Shown here: positions 48,782 to 58,992 of the stretch, piece after piece
How the letters are laid out: each line of letters starts with the position of its first letter
Numbering within the stretch: the first letter of the stretch is position 1
Assembly (NCBI GenBank): GCA_964544535.1
Contig: CAZJCV010000004.1
Span: forward strand, 6,602-70,601
DNA length: 64,000 nucleotides
Direction: 5' to 3'
Origin: an uncultured Lachnospiraceae bacterium
Lineage (GTDB): Bacteria; Bacillota; Clostridia; Lachnospirales; Lachnospiraceae
Translations under genes and position numbers: made by a program
Notes under the pieces: generated by a model
What the model saw: the letters and a program-made list of their open reading frames with translations, nothing else
Told to the model about the DNA's origin: nothing
Databases searched by the model: none

Positions 48782-50227
48782 ATGGAATCACAATTGACAT
48801 TAAATAATGAGATTTTTAATCAGGCTCCCGATAAGGAGCCTTATAGACAGTACTACTTTATGGCAGCTTTAAACAAACAACTAAAAAAGATAACAAAAAA
48901 AACAGCTAGATCATTTACATATAGTATTCAAACCTTTGGTTGTCAAATGAATGCAAAAGATTCAGAGAAACTAGCTGGAATATTAGAAGAGATCGGATAT
49001 GTACCTTCTGATTCACAAGAGGCAGACTTTGTAATTTATAACACTTGTACTGTTAGAGAAAATGCAAATTTAAAGGTCTATGGAAGGCTGGGATATTTAG
49101 GAAAATTAAAAGAAAAAAATCCAAATATGATTATTGCAATTTGTGGGTGTATGATGCAAGAACCTACAGTTGTAGAAAAAATTAAAAAAAGTTATCCCTT
49201 TGTTGATATTGTGTTTGGTACACATAATATTTACAAACTAGCCGAGCTATTATATTTGGAAAAAGAAGCTAATAGAATGATTATTGATATATGGGAAGGT
49301 ACAAATGAAATAGTTGAGGAATTACCTAGTGAGAGAAAATATAAATTCAAAGCTGGTGTAAATATAATGTATGGATGCAATAATTTTTGTAGTTATTGTA
49401 TTGTACCTTATGTTAGAGGTAGGGAAAGAAGCAGGAATCCCGAAGATATTATATCGGAAATTAAAAGGCTAGTAGCTGATGGAGTAGTAGAGATAACGCT
49501 TCTTGGACAAAATGTTAATTCATATGGCAAGTCGTTAGATGAGCCTATAAGTTTTGCAGATTTACTCATTGATATAGAAAAAATTGATAATTTAGAAAGA
49601 ATTCGTTTTATGACTTCTCATCCTAAGGATTTATCTGATGAGCTTATTTTAGTTATGAAAAATTCTAATAAGATATGTGAACATTTGCACTTGCCACTAC
49701 AGTCAGGAAGTACTAGACTGCTTAAAATAATGAATCGTAAGTATACAAAAGAAAAGTATTTGGAATTAATAAATAAAATCAAAGAAGCAGTACCAGATAT
49801 TTCATTAACAACTGACATTATTGTTGGTTTTCCAGGCGAAACAGAAGAGGATTTTTTAGAAACTTTAGATGTTGTTAAAAAGGTGAAGTTTGACAGCTCC
49901 TTTACCTTTCAATATTCCAAAAGAACGGGAACACCAGCAGCTACAATGGAAAATCAAGTTGAACAAAAAATAGTACAAGAAAGATTTGATAGATTGCTTG
50001 CTACAATGAAAGAGGTTTCTTCTAATAAGTCGTCAAGACTATTAGGGACTATAGGTAAGGTCCTAGTGGAAGAGATTAATGAACAAGATTCATCTCTAGT
50101 AACAGGAAGACTTAGCAATAATACTTTGGTTCATTTTCCTGGAGATGCAAGCTTTATTGGAAAAGTAATACCTGTAAAGCTAATAGAAAGTAAAGGTTTT
50201 TATTACTTTGGTAAACCTTTACTTTAG
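48782..50227 (+). CDS. miaB: tRNA-2-methylthio-N6-dimethylallyladenosine synthase
   Basis: The UPF0004 domain reads IQTFGCQMN. The radical SAM motif is CNNFCSYCIVPYVRG, and a C-terminal TRAM domain is present. Confidence 0.93.
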   Translation: MESQLTLNNEIFNQAPDKEPYRQYYFMAALNKQLKKITKKTARSFTYSIQTFGCQMNAKDSEKLAGILEEIGYVPSDSQEADFVIYNTCTVRENANLKVYGRLGYLGKLKEKNPNMIIAICGCMMQEPTVVEKIKKSYPFVDIVFGTHNIYKLAELLYLEKEANRMIIDIWEGTNEIVEELPSERKYKFKAGVNIMYGCNNFCSYCIVPYVRGRERSRNPEDIISEIKRLVADGVVEITLLGQNVNSYGKSLDEPISFADLLIDIEKIDNLERIRFMTSHPKDLSDELILVMKNSNKICEHLHLPLQSGSTRLLKIMNRKYTKEKYLELINKIKEAVPDISLTTDIIVGFPGETEEDFLETLDVVKKVKFDSSFTFQYSKRTGTPAATMENQVEQKIVQERFDRLLATMKEVSSNKSSRLLGTIGKVLVEEINEQDSSLVTGRLSNNTLVHFPGDASFIGKVIPVKLIESKGFYYFGKPLL

Positions 50228-50238
50228 TTAATAGTAAT

Positions 50239-50297
50239 CAAAGAGAGAGGTTTTAGGTAAAATAGTTGTGCAAACTAATTAGCTTAAAATCTCTTTG
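50239..50297 (+). other. Extended imperfect hairpin between miaB and rny, with no U-tract
   Basis: An outer 8-bp helix (CAAAGAGA 50239-50246 / TCTCTTTG 50290-50297) encloses an inner 7-bp helix (TTTTAGG 50251-50257 / CTTAAAA 50083+200=50283-50289). The 3' end abuts the -35 of the rny promoter candidate. Confidence 0.3.
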
Positions 50298-50298
50298 C

Positions 50299-50327
50299 TT
50301 GACATTTACTTAATTAAAGTATAAAAT
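50299..50327 (+). promoter_or_regulatory. Candidate sigma-A promoter for rny (TTGACA - 17 nt - TAAAAT)
   Basis: The hexamers sit at 50299-50304 and 50322-50327. Confidence 0.45.
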
Positions 50328-50383
50328 TTAAATGTTATGATTTATATGTTTAAATAATAAAAATTTAATAAGGAGGTGCTACT

Positions 50384-51940
50384 GTGCAAGATTTCTTTAA
50401 AATAGTAGTTGCTATTTTAGTTACCTTGGTAATAGTTGCTCCTCTTGTTTGGAAGATTGCTATGGCCTATCGAAAAAGGATTTATGAAGAGAAGGTAGGA
50501 ACAGCAGAGGAAAAAGCAAGAGAAATCATAGATGAAGCTTTAAAAACAGCTGAAACTAAGAAGAGAGAAGCATTACTAGAAGCAAAAGAAGAAGCATTAA
50601 AGAGAAAAAATGAGCTCGAAAAGGAAACTAAAGAAAGACGTACCGAACTACAACGCTACGAAAAGAGAGTTCTAGCGAAAGAAGAATCTTTGGACAGAAA
50701 AGCGGAAGCACTTGAAAGGAAAGAATCAAAAGTTGCTGAGAAAGATGCTGAATTAGATCGTAAGAGCAAAGAAACAAAGGAACTTTATGACAAGCAAACA
50801 AGCCAACTAGAGAAAATTTCCGGATTAACCTCCGAGCAAGCAAAAGAATATCTATTAAAAACTGTTGAAAATGATTTAAAACATGAAACTGCCTTATTAA
50901 TCAAGGAATTAGACAATAAAGCAAAGGAAGAAGCCGATAAAAAGGCCAAAGAATATGTTGTAACAGCAATTCAAAGATGTGCAGCAGACCATGTGTCTGA
51001 AACTACAATTTCTGTTGTACAGCTTCCAAATGATGAAATGAAGGGTAGGATTATAGGTCGTGAAGGCCGAAACATCCGAACTTTAGAAACACTAACAGGA
51101 GTTGATTTAATTATTGATGATACTCCTGAGGCTGTAATTTTGTCTAGCTTTGACCCGATAAGAAGAGAGGTCGCTAGAATTGCACTAGAAAAACTAATAA
51201 TTGACGGAAGAATACATCCAGCAAGAATTGAAGAAATGGTTGAAAAAGCTCAAAAAGAAGTTGAAACTATTATTAAAGAAGCTGGAGAAGAAGCAACTTT
51301 AGAGATTGGAGTACATGGAATTCATAATGAATTAGTACGTCTACTAGGTAAAATGAAATATAGGACAAGTTATGGACAAAATGCACTTAAACACTCTATC
51401 GAAGTGGCACATTTATCAGGTTTATTAGCAGGAGAAATAGGTGTCGATGTAAGAATTGCAAAAAGGGCAGGATTATTACATGACATTGGTAAATCAGTTG
51501 ATCATGAGATTGAAGGTTCACATATTCAAATAGGTGCTGATTTATGTAGAAGATATAAAGAATCAGCAATTGTAGTTAATACTGTGGAATCACATCATGG
51601 TGACGTAGAGCCAGAAACACTAATTGCATGTTTGGTTCAGGCTGCAGATACTATATCAGCTGCTAGACCAGGTGCAAGAAGAGAAACATTAGAAACATAT
51701 ACTAACAGGTTAAAACAGTTGGAAGATATTACTAACAGCTTTAAGGGAGTGGAGAAGTCTTTCGCTATTCAAGCGGGTAGAGAAGTCCGAGTTATGGTTA
51801 TACCAGAACAAATCACTGATGAGGAAATGATTTTACTTGCAAGAGATGTTGCAAAGATGATTGAAACAGAATTGGAATATCCAGGACAAATTAAAGTTAA
51901 TTTGATTAGAGAATCCAGATATTCAGATTACGCAAAATAA
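50384..51940 (+). CDS. rny: Ribonuclease Y
   Basis: The protein has an N-terminal TM helix, a coiled coil, a KH domain ([12 protein letters not shown]) and an HD domain (GLLHDIGK). A GTG start lies 7 nt after AAGGAGG. Confidence 0.95.
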   Translation: MQDFFKIVVAILVTLVIVAPLVWKIAMAYRKRIYEEKVGTAEEKAREIIDEALKTAETKKREALLEAKEEALKRKNELEKETKERRTELQRYEKRVLAKEESLDRKAEALERKESKVAEKDAELDRKSKETKELYDKQTSQLEKISGLTSEQAKEYLLKTVENDLKHETALLIKELDNKAKEEADKKAKEYVVTAIQRCAADHVSETTISVVQLPNDEMKGRIIGREGRNIRTLETLTGVDLIIDDTPEAVILSSFDPIRREVARIALEKLIIDGRIHPARIEEMVEKAQKEVETIIKEAGEEATLEIGVHGIHNELVRLLGKMKYRTSYGQNALKHSIEVAHLSGLLAGEIGVDVRIAKRAGLLHDIGKSVDHEIEGSHIQIGADLCRRYKESAIVVNTVESHHGDVEPETLIACLVQAADTISAARPGARRETLETYTNRLKQLEDITNSFKGVEKSFAIQAGREVRVMVIPEQITDEEMILLARDVAKMIETELEYPGQIKVNLIRESRYSDYAK

Positions 51941-51956
51941 GAATAATTATGATTTT

Positions 51957-51998
51957 AAAAGCTAAAATCTAAGCTTATTAGATTTTAGCTTTTTTTTT
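51957..51998 (+). terminator. Rho-independent terminator after rny
   Basis: A perfect stem (GCTAAAATCTA / TAGATTTTAGC, 51961-51989) is followed by nine T residues. Confidence 0.8.
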
Positions 51999-52000
51999 AC

Positions 52001-52029
52001 TTGCAATATAGTGCGTTATGTAATAGAAT
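52001..52029 (+). promoter_or_regulatory. Candidate sigma-A promoter for the aminotransferase gene (TTGCAA - 17 nt - TAGAAT)
   Basis: The hexamers sit at 52001-52006 and 52024-52029. Confidence 0.4.
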
Positions 52030-52122
52030 ATGAGAAATGTTCACATGACTTTAGTATGCTAAAGAAATCTAATGTAACACATAATATAACATAAAAACTT
52101 TGTTTATTATAGGAGGAATCTA

Positions 52123-53322
52123 ATGCCGTTAGACTTATCAAGAAAAGTACAAAATGTACAACCGTCTTCAACACTAGCTATTACTGCTAGGGCTAAAGAG
52201 TTAAAACTTAAGGGTATTGATGTTGTTGGATTTGGTGCAGGAGAACCAGATTTTAATACACCAGATAATATCAACCAAGCAGCAATAGAAGCAATAAATT
52301 CTGGTCTTACAAAGTATACACCAGCTTCAGGGACTGTTAGTTTAAAAAAGGCTATTTGTAAAAAGTTTAAGGAGTTTAATAAAATTTCATATAATCAAAA
52401 TCAGATTGTTGTAAGTAATGGTGGAAAGCATTCATTAACAAATATATTTCAAGCAATTATTAATCCCGATGATGAAGTAATAATACCATCCCCATTTTGG
52501 TTGAGTTATCCTGAAATTGTTAAATTATCAGATGGAAAGCCAGTAATTGTTGAAACTAAAAAGGATAATAATTTTAAAATAACTGCTCAGCAATTATCAG
52601 ATGCTTGTACAAGTAAAACAAAAGCACTTATTCTTAATTCTCCAAACAATCCTACCGGAGAAATTTATACAAGAGAAGAATTAGAAGCTATTGCCAATGT
52701 AGTAGTTGAAAAAGATATATATGTTGTAGCTGATGAAATGTATGAATATCTTGTCTATAATGGAATGGAACATGTTAGTATTGCTTCATTGAATGATGAA
52801 ATATATAAAAGAACAATTACTTGCAGTGGAGTATCAAAAAGTTACTCCATGACAGGGTGGAGAATTGGTTATACAGGCTCAAGTGTCGAATTAGCAAAAG
52901 TTATGTCTAGTGTACAGTCCCATCAAACATCCAATCCCAATTCAATTGCTCAAGTTGCGGCTACAGAGGCCATTAGTGGTCCTCAAGATGCAGTAGTTAA
53001 GATGTGTAAAGAATTTGATAAAAGAAGAAAATATATTGTGAATAGAATTAAAGATATGCCTTATGTAAATGCTACTGAACCTCAGGGTGCCTTTTATGTA
53101 TTTGTTGACTCTAGTGAGGCTTTAGAAAAAAAATATAAAGAAGAAAAGGTTGCTACAACTAACAGATTAGCGGATATACTAATTAATGATTATAATGTAG
53201 CGGTTGTTCCGTGTATGGATTTTGGAACTGCAGATCACATTCGACTCTCTTATTCAACTTCCATTGAAGAAATAAAAAAAGGAATGGATAGGATAGAAAA
53301 ATTCTTAACAGAATTACAATAA
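52123..53322 (+). CDS. PLP-dependent aminotransferase, class I (aspartate aminotransferase-like)
   Basis: The product shows GAGEPDFNTP, NSPNNPTG and the PLP-lysine region SGVSKSYSMTGWRIGY. Confidence 0.88.
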   Translation: MPLDLSRKVQNVQPSSTLAITARAKELKLKGIDVVGFGAGEPDFNTPDNINQAAIEAINSGLTKYTPASGTVSLKKAICKKFKEFNKISYNQNQIVVSNGGKHSLTNIFQAIINPDDEVIIPSPFWLSYPEIVKLSDGKPVIVETKKDNNFKITAQQLSDACTSKTKALILNSPNNPTGEIYTREELEAIANVVVEKDIYVVADEMYEYLVYNGMEHVSIASLNDEIYKRTITCSGVSKSYSMTGWRIGYTGSSVELAKVMSSVQSHQTSNPNSIAQVAATEAISGPQDAVVKMCKEFDKRRKYIVNRIKDMPYVNATEPQGAFYVFVDSSEALEKKYKEEKVATTNRLADILINDYNVAVVPCMDFGTADHIRLSYSTSIEEIKKGMDRIEKFLTELQ

Positions 53323-53341
53323 TAGTAGAATAAGATTTTAA

Positions 53342-53377
53342 AAGGGGTGCAGATATTATTACTATCTAGCACCCTTT
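53342..53377 (+). terminator. Hairpin or weak terminator after the aminotransferase gene
   Basis: The stem AAGGGGTGCAGATA / TATCTAGCACCCTT has only a poor T-tract downstream. Confidence 0.4.
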
Positions 53378-53484
53378 ATCATGCATAATTATCGGTATTA
53401 ATTCTATTTATAATTCATACTATAAGATATACATGCCTATTTATAGAAAAGCATGTATAAAAGGAAGAAAGGTATGATTTAATA

Positions 53485-54093
53485 ATGAAATATATTAATG
53501 TCCTTATGAAAAAGTATGGTGAAAGAAAGACAGGCCTAATTATTTTTATAGTTGGAATGGTAATAGGTGTTTTAATAGCAAGAATATTCAAAGGTTTTTA
53601 TTGGAATGAATTAGACTTGCTAAATTTAAGTTACTTTAATCTGATAGTGAATATGGAAATAGATTACAGAGTGCTTAGGAATTATGTGTTTTGGAAAAAT
53701 TTTAGAAATTACTTTATAATATGGGGGCTTAGTTTTACCAAAATAGGAATCACTAGTATTGGGTTTATTTTGATTATTTATGGATTTAAAGTAGGATTTC
53801 TAATTACAGTTTTATTTATGGGATATAAACTTAAAGGAATTTCACTCTTATTTGGATATACATTTCCACAGTTTATAATATACATACCTCTTATATTTGT
53901 AAGCTTACAAGGGGCTTATTGGCTTTGTAAGAACTTGTATTTTAACGGTGTTTATAAGAAAAACAGGCTTGAAACTGTTGGAAAATATCTAATATTTATA
54001 TTTGTATTAGGAATATTTCTATTTATTGGCTCTCTAATGGAAACCTACTTAGGTTCACTTGTTTTAAGAGGAATCTTAAAATCATTTATATGA
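53485..54093 (+). CDS. spoIIM: Stage II sporulation protein M-like membrane protein (SpoIIM/DUF95)
   Basis: The ~200-aa polytopic protein resembles B. subtilis SpoIIM as I recall it (…IWGLSFTKIGI…GFKVGFLI…FPQFIIYIPL…SLMETYLGSLVL). Confidence 0.6.
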   Translation: MKYINVLMKKYGERKTGLIIFIVGMVIGVLIARIFKGFYWNELDLLNLSYFNLIVNMEIDYRVLRNYVFWKNFRNYFIIWGLSFTKIGITSIGFILIIYGFKVGFLITVLFMGYKLKGISLLFGYTFPQFIIYIPLIFVSLQGAYWLCKNLYFNGVYKKNRLETVGKYLIFIFVLGIFLFIGSLMETYLGSLVLRGILKSFI

Positions 54094-54110
54094 TTTGCAA
54101 ATGAAAAGGC

Positions 54111-55139
54111 TTATAATATATCTGCAATTGAATATATTAATTCTTCTGATTCATCCCAACCTAAGCATGGATCAGTGATAGACTTACCATATGTATGGTT
54201 ATGTAGATCTTGCCTACCTGACTCAATATAACTTTCAATCATAACGCCTTTAATCAACTGAGTTAAGTCAATATTGATTTTTCTATTATGCATAATTTCA
54301 TGAACAATCCTTGGTTGTTGTGAATAATCCTTGTTAGAATTAGCATGGTTAACATCTATAATTAAAGCAGGATTTTTAACATCTCTTTCTTTATACATGT
54401 TGTATAGTAATATTAGATCTTCATAATGATAATTAGGAATTGAACTTCCGTGCTTATTTACAGCACCGCGAAGTATCGCGTGGGCATATGGATTACCTGT
54501 AGTTTCAACTTCATAAGTACGATATAAAAAAGTATATCCTCTTTGAGCAGCTTCTATAGAATTTAACATAACAGTGAAATCACCACTGGTAGGATTTTTC
54601 ATTCCAGCAGCACATTCCATGCCACTTGTTACTAGACGATGTTGTTGATCTTCAACAGAGCGGGCTCCAATTGCAACATAGGAAAGAAGATCTTCAATAT
54701 AGGCTGTATTCTCAGGATATAACATCTCGTCTGCCCCTGTTAGTCCAGTTTCCCTAATTACACGAACATGCATTTTTCTCATTGCTTTAAGGCCTTCATT
54801 TAAATCAGGTTTCTTATAAGGATCTGGTTGATGGGCTATACCTTTATAACCCTCACCAGTAGTTCTTGGTTTATTAGTATATATTCTAGGTATAAGCAAC
54901 AATTTATCTTTAACTTTTTCTTGTACTTTAGCAAGTCTAGATACGTAGTCGCATAAGGAATCTTCATTATCAGCAGAACATGGTCCAACTATAACTAAAA
55001 ACTTATCAGATTCACCACTTATAACTTTCTTAACTTCCTCGTCTCTGTTTTGTTTTATTTCCTGTTCTTTTAATGATAAAGGATAAACCTGCCTTAGTTC
55101 TGCAGGAGATATAACTTTCTTTTTAAAAATAAAACTCAT
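54111..55139 (-). CDS. 3-deoxy-7-phosphoheptulonate (DAHP) synthase, class I alpha (AroF/G/H type)
   Basis: The 342-aa product shows FLVIVGPCSADNEDS, IPRIYTNKPRTT and GARSVEDQQHR motifs. Confidence 0.9.
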   Translation of the reverse strand: MSFIFKKKVISPAELRQVYPLSLKEQEIKQNRDEEVKKVISGESDKFLVIVGPCSADNEDSLCDYVSRLAKVQEKVKDKLLLIPRIYTNKPRTTGEGYKGIAHQPDPYKKPDLNEGLKAMRKMHVRVIRETGLTGADEMLYPENTAYIEDLLSYVAIGARSVEDQQHRLVTSGMECAAGMKNPTSGDFTVMLNSIEAAQRGYTFLYRTYEVETTGNPYAHAILRGAVNKHGSSIPNYHYEDLILLYNMYKERDVKNPALIIDVNHANSNKDYSQQPRIVHEIMHNRKINIDLTQLIKGVMIESYIESGRQDLHNHTYGKSITDPCLGWDESEELIYSIADIL

Positions 55140-55183
55140 ATAATTACCTTGCCTTTCTTTAATGTTGTTAATTTGTGCCTATA

Positions 55184-55212
55184 ATTTTATACTTGTTTTT
55201 ATAGTAAGTCAA
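55184..55212 (-). promoter_or_regulatory. Candidate sigma-A promoter for the DAHP synthase gene (minus strand TTGACT - 17 nt - TAAAAT)
   Basis: The reverse complement of 55207-55212 is TTGACT, and that of 55184-55189 is TAAAAT. Confidence 0.4.
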
Positions 55213-55340
55213 GCAAAAACACTTTAAAGCAACAACGCGTCAAACTGTCACAATAATAAATGTATATATGCTTATTATACAAAAAAAGAATAAACATATA
55301 AAAAGAACAATACTATTTTAATAAAAGGCTAGTAAATAAG

Positions 55341-55907
55341 TTGAAAAAAAAACATAGTTTTATATTTGCTTTTTTATTACGAATATTATTTTTAGTTACT
55401 TTATTTGCTTTGATTTGGTATTTAATTATTCCTAACACATCGATTAATTATAAAAAAGATTATCAAGCTTTTTCAAATAGACTAAATGAAAAAGATTTAA
55501 TCATGATTCAAGGGGAGACCTTTAAACTTGAATTACAAAAATTAAATAAAAGAGTTAAGTTTTCATCTATGGATATTAAAGTTGCTCCTGTGACCCCATT
55601 AGGAACGGTTATTGCTTTAAGACCAGGAAAGACATATATAACTGTTAAATATGAAAATAAGGAGCTTAAATGCAGAGTAAGAGTTTACAAAATTAACAAG
55701 AAAAAGATTAAATTAAAAACAAAGGAAAAAATAAATTTAAATATAAAGGGACCTGGAATTATTAAATCAGTTAAATGGTCTAGTAATAAACCTAATATAG
55801 CTAAAGTAAATAGATTTGGAACAGTTAAGGGAGTTTCTAAAGGTAAAGCAGTAATAACAGGCAAAATAAATGATAAAAAAATAAATTGTCTTGTAATTGT
55901 AGAATAA
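55341..55907 (+). CDS. Membrane-anchored protein with two Big_2 (bacterial Ig-like) repeats
   Basis: The gene has a TTG start and a weak SD. An N-terminal TM helix is followed by two Big_2-like units (...FSSMDIKVAPVTPLGTVIALRPGKTYITV... and ...VKWSSNKPNIAKVNRFGTVKGVSKGKAVITGKI). Confidence 0.6.
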   Translation: MKKKHSFIFAFLLRILFLVTLFALIWYLIIPNTSINYKKDYQAFSNRLNEKDLIMIQGETFKLELQKLNKRVKFSSMDIKVAPVTPLGTVIALRPGKTYITVKYENKELKCRVRVYKINKKKIKLKTKEKINLNIKGPGIIKSVKWSSNKPNIAKVNRFGTVKGVSKGKAVITGKINDKKINCLVIVE

Positions 55908-55990
55908 ATTACCTTTTACAGTTGGATTTGGTATAAAAACCACTTTTATAGATTAAAATAGTAATAATGAAAATTGGACGTGAGGAGTTC

Positions 55991-57199
55991 ATGAAAAAAA
56001 AATTAAGCATAAGTTTACTGTTTTTTATACTATTAGTTAATGTGTTTCGACCTATGAGTATACAAGCAAGTCCTGAAGATTTATCTCAAAATGAGGCAGC
56101 TGAGAGTGAAAATGATTCATTTCACTTAGAATCAACTTCTGCAATCTTAATGGAAGGTTCAACAGGCCAAGTGATCTATGAAAAAAATAAGGATGAGCAG
56201 CTTCATCCAGCTAGTATTACAAAGATTATGACCTTATTATTAATATACGAAGCATTAGATGAGGCTAAGTTTACTCTTGATGATGAAGTTACAGTTAGTG
56301 AACATGCGGCATCCCTTGGTGGTTCACAAGTTTATCTTGAACCAAATGAAGTGCAAACTGTTGAAACTATGATAAAATGTATTGCAATAGTAAGTGCTAA
56401 TGATGCATCTGTAGCCATGGCTGAATATGTTGCAGGAACAGAAGAAGAATTTATAGCAAGAATGAATGCTAGAGCCAAAGAATTAGGGATGAACAATACA
56501 AACTTTGTCAATAGTTATGGATTAGATGATGATAATCATTACTCAACTGCTTATGATGTTGCCTTGATGTCAAGAGAATTAATAACTAAATTTCCTGAAA
56601 TAAGCAACTATTCAACAATATGGATGGATACAATAATACATAAAACTAAAAAAGGAGAAAGTGAATTTGGTTTAAGTAATACTAATAGGCTAGTACGATT
56701 TTATGAAGGTATTACAGGTCTAAAAACAGGCTCAACAGGACTTGCTAAGTACTGCCTATCTGCGACAGCAAGACGTGACGGTATGGACTTAATTGCGGTA
56801 GTTATGGCATCACCTACTACCAAAGAACGTTTTAATGAAGCTACAAAGCTATTAGACTATGGATTTGCTAATTGTAAATTATATGTGGATAATAATGATA
56901 ACTTAGAAGTAATTCCAATTCCTATCTCTAGAGGAGTAAAAGACGAATTGAATTATAAAGTAAATAACAAGTTTTCTTACTTGTGTAACAGAGAAACAAA
57001 CCCTGAAGATATAACAAAAAAAATATCTTTAGAAGAAAAAGTTGAAGCTCCAATTAAAGAAAACGATAAGGTTGGAGAACTCGAATATTTAATTAATAAT
57101 AAGAGCATAGGAAAAGTTGATATTGTTGCAGGAGAGAGCATAGAGAAGGCTACTTTAAAAGATTGCTTAAATAAGGCATTTAAAAAATTTGTGATTTAA
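55991..57199 (+). CDS. D-alanyl-D-alanine carboxypeptidase (low-MW PBP, DacB/DacF-like)
   Basis: A signal peptide is followed by SxxK (PASITKIM), SxN (SANDAS) and KTG (LKTGST) motifs. The ATG at 55991 follows GAGGAG. Confidence 0.9.
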   Translation: MKKKLSISLLFFILLVNVFRPMSIQASPEDLSQNEAAESENDSFHLESTSAILMEGSTGQVIYEKNKDEQLHPASITKIMTLLLIYEALDEAKFTLDDEVTVSEHAASLGGSQVYLEPNEVQTVETMIKCIAIVSANDASVAMAEYVAGTEEEFIARMNARAKELGMNNTNFVNSYGLDDDNHYSTAYDVALMSRELITKFPEISNYSTIWMDTIIHKTKKGESEFGLSNTNRLVRFYEGITGLKTGSTGLAKYCLSATARRDGMDLIAVVMASPTTKERFNEATKLLDYGFANCKLYVDNNDNLEVIPIPISRGVKDELNYKVNNKFSYLCNRETNPEDITKKISLEEKVEAPIKENDKVGELEYLINNKSIGKVDIVAGESIEKATLKDCLNKAFKKFVI

Positions 57200-57213
57200 G
57201 CATTCATATTTAA

Positions 57214-57250
57214 GAAGTGATTTGTTGCTTAAGGGAGAACAAATCACTTC
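57214..57250 (+). terminator. Strong hairpin after the dac gene, lacking a T-tract
   Basis: A perfect 13-bp stem (GAAGTGATTTGTT / AACAAATCACTTC) has an 11-nt loop. Confidence 0.4.
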
Positions 57251-57308
57251 ATATATTGTAAGATAATTTTTAATATGTTATATTTTTATGTATTACAAGT
57301 TGTAATGA

Positions 57309-58202
57309 TTGAAAAGAAAGGTAGCAGAGAAGATGATTTATTTTTCTATATTTGTTATAGTAGTTATATTGTTTTTATTATATGTAAAATTTGAAAATAC
57401 AAATCTTGAAGTTACCCATTATACAATTAAGTCTAAGAAAATTCCCAATTTATTTTCTCAGACAACCTTTATAGTTTTAGCTGATTTACATAACAACTTG
57501 TATGCTAAGAACAATAAAATTTTAATAGGGGAAATTAACAAGATCAATCCGAGCTTTATTATTATAGCTGGAGACATGATTGTTGGGAAAAAAACAGAAG
57601 ATTTTCAAGTTGCACTTTCCCTACTAACTGAATTAGCCTCAAAATATACAATTTTCTATGGTATGGGTAATCATGAGCAGAGAATGATTTCAAAAGGAAG
57701 GTATTACAATGACAGATGGGAAAGATATATAGAAAGACTTAAACAATTAGATGTCCATATACTTAACAATAATTCGGCAAAAATTATAAAAGAAGATGAA
57801 AGCATTATTATAAATGGACTAGCTATTGATTTGGACTACTTCCAAAAAAGAAGATTTAAAAAAATGACAAGAGATTACCTTGAAGAAAAACTAGGAAAAT
57901 TAGATGATAAATGCTATAATATAGTGATTGCACATAATCCATTGTTTTTTAAAGAATATATAAGTTTTGGCTCGGACCTAATTTTATCTGGTCATATGCA
58001 TGGTGGAATAGTAAGACTGCCTATATTAGGAGGAGTCATTTCTCCACAGTATGAGCTGTTTCCCAAATATGATGCGGGAAGATTTGAAGAAGGTGAGCAA
58101 ACCATGCTTATTTCTAGAGGCCTTGGAACTCATACAATAAAGCTAAGGGCTTTTAATAGGCCGGAATTAATGGTTGTTACTTTAGAAAGGGATAGAAGTT
58201 AA
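57309..58202 (+). CDS. Metallophosphoesterase (YkuE/calcineurin-like)
   Basis: The protein has an N-terminal TM helix and the motifs ADLHNN, AGDMIVG, GNHE and SGHMHGG. The start is ambiguous, being the TTG at 57309 or the ATG at 57333. Confidence 0.8.
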   Translation: MKRKVAEKMIYFSIFVIVVILFLLYVKFENTNLEVTHYTIKSKKIPNLFSQTTFIVLADLHNNLYAKNNKILIGEINKINPSFIIIAGDMIVGKKTEDFQVALSLLTELASKYTIFYGMGNHEQRMISKGRYYNDRWERYIERLKQLDVHILNNNSAKIIKEDESIIINGLAIDLDYFQKRRFKKMTRDYLEEKLGKLDDKCYNIVIAHNPLFFKEYISFGSDLILSGHMHGGIVRLPILGGVISPQYELFPKYDAGRFEEGEQTMLISRGLGTHTIKLRAFNRPELMVVTLERDRS

Positions 58203-58203
58203 G

Positions 58204-58992
58204 ATGAGTATATCAGTTAAGTTAGAAGTATTTGAAGGACCACTAGACTTATTACTTCATTTAATAGATAAAAATAAAGTAAATATTTATGATATTCCAA
58301 TCAATGAAATAACAGAACAATACATAGATTATATTCAAAAAGTAGAGTATAACGCTTTAGATAGTATGAGTGAATTTTTAGTATTGGCTAGTGAATTAAT
58401 TAGCATAAAATCTAAGATGCTATTACCTAAGGATGAAGAAGACGAATCAGATGAAGACCCAAGGCATGAATTAGTTGAGAGACTATTGGAATATAAGATG
58501 TTTAAATATATATCGGATTTATTAAAAGATAAAGAGCTAGATGCATCAAAAACTATATACAAAGAACCTACAATTCCAGATGAAGTTAATTATTATAAAG
58601 AAGAAATTGACCCATCTGATGTTCTAGGTGACATAACATTAAGTAACATACAAAAAGTTTTTACATCTCTTTTAAAAAAGCAAGGGGATAAAATAGACCC
58701 TATTAGAAGCAAGTTTGGTGAAATAAAGCAAGAAAAGATAAGCGTTGAAGATAAGTTAAAAGAGATAATAAAATATGCATCTAATCATAAAAAGTTTTTG
58801 TTTACCGATTTATTATCAGAGCACATATCTAAGCCTGAATTAATAGTTGTTTTTTTAGGGATTTTGGAACTTACTAAAAGTGGACAAGTTGTAATTAGAC
58901 AAAACAACTTATTTGATGATTTTATAATTACAAGAGTGAATAATAAGTTTAGAATTAAAGAACCAACGGAGGCAGTTCTACATGGAAATTAA
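58204..58992 (+). CDS. scpA: Segregation and condensation protein A
   Basis: The product shows LEVFEGPLDLLLHLIDKNKVNIYDIPI, canonical for ScpA. Confidence 0.9.
   Translation: MSISVKLEVFEGPLDLLLHLIDKNKVNIYDIPINEITEQYIDYIQKVEYNALDSMSEFLVLASELISIKSKMLLPKDEEDESDEDPRHELVERLLEYKMFKYISDLLKDKELDASKTIYKEPTIPDEVNYYKEEIDPSDVLGDITLSNIQKVFTSLLKKQGDKIDPIRSKFGEIKQEKISVEDKLKEIIKYASNHKKFLFTDLLSEHISKPELIVVFLGILELTKSGQVVIRQNNLFDDFIITRVNNKFRIKEPTEAVLHGN

Noticed and set aside
53381-53484. Sporulation sigma-factor promoter guesses: a sigma-E-like CATACTAT upstream of spoIIM, CATATATT upstream of yqfC (~37684-37691), and a sigma-G-like CATAATA (59693-59699) upstream of the gerA-type operon.
   Set aside because: The -10-like strings are present, but the matching -35 elements are poor (for example aAATA or GTATTAA). 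In AT-rich DNA such heptamers occur by chance, so I did not report them as features.
55344-56002. A9 homopolymer tracts at the 5' ends of the Big_2 gene (55344-55352) and the dac gene (55994-56002), considered as phase-variation switches.
   Set aside because: They simply encode the Lys-rich n-regions of signal or anchor peptides (AAA codons). This is common in AT-rich genomes, and nothing suggests variability from a single sequence.
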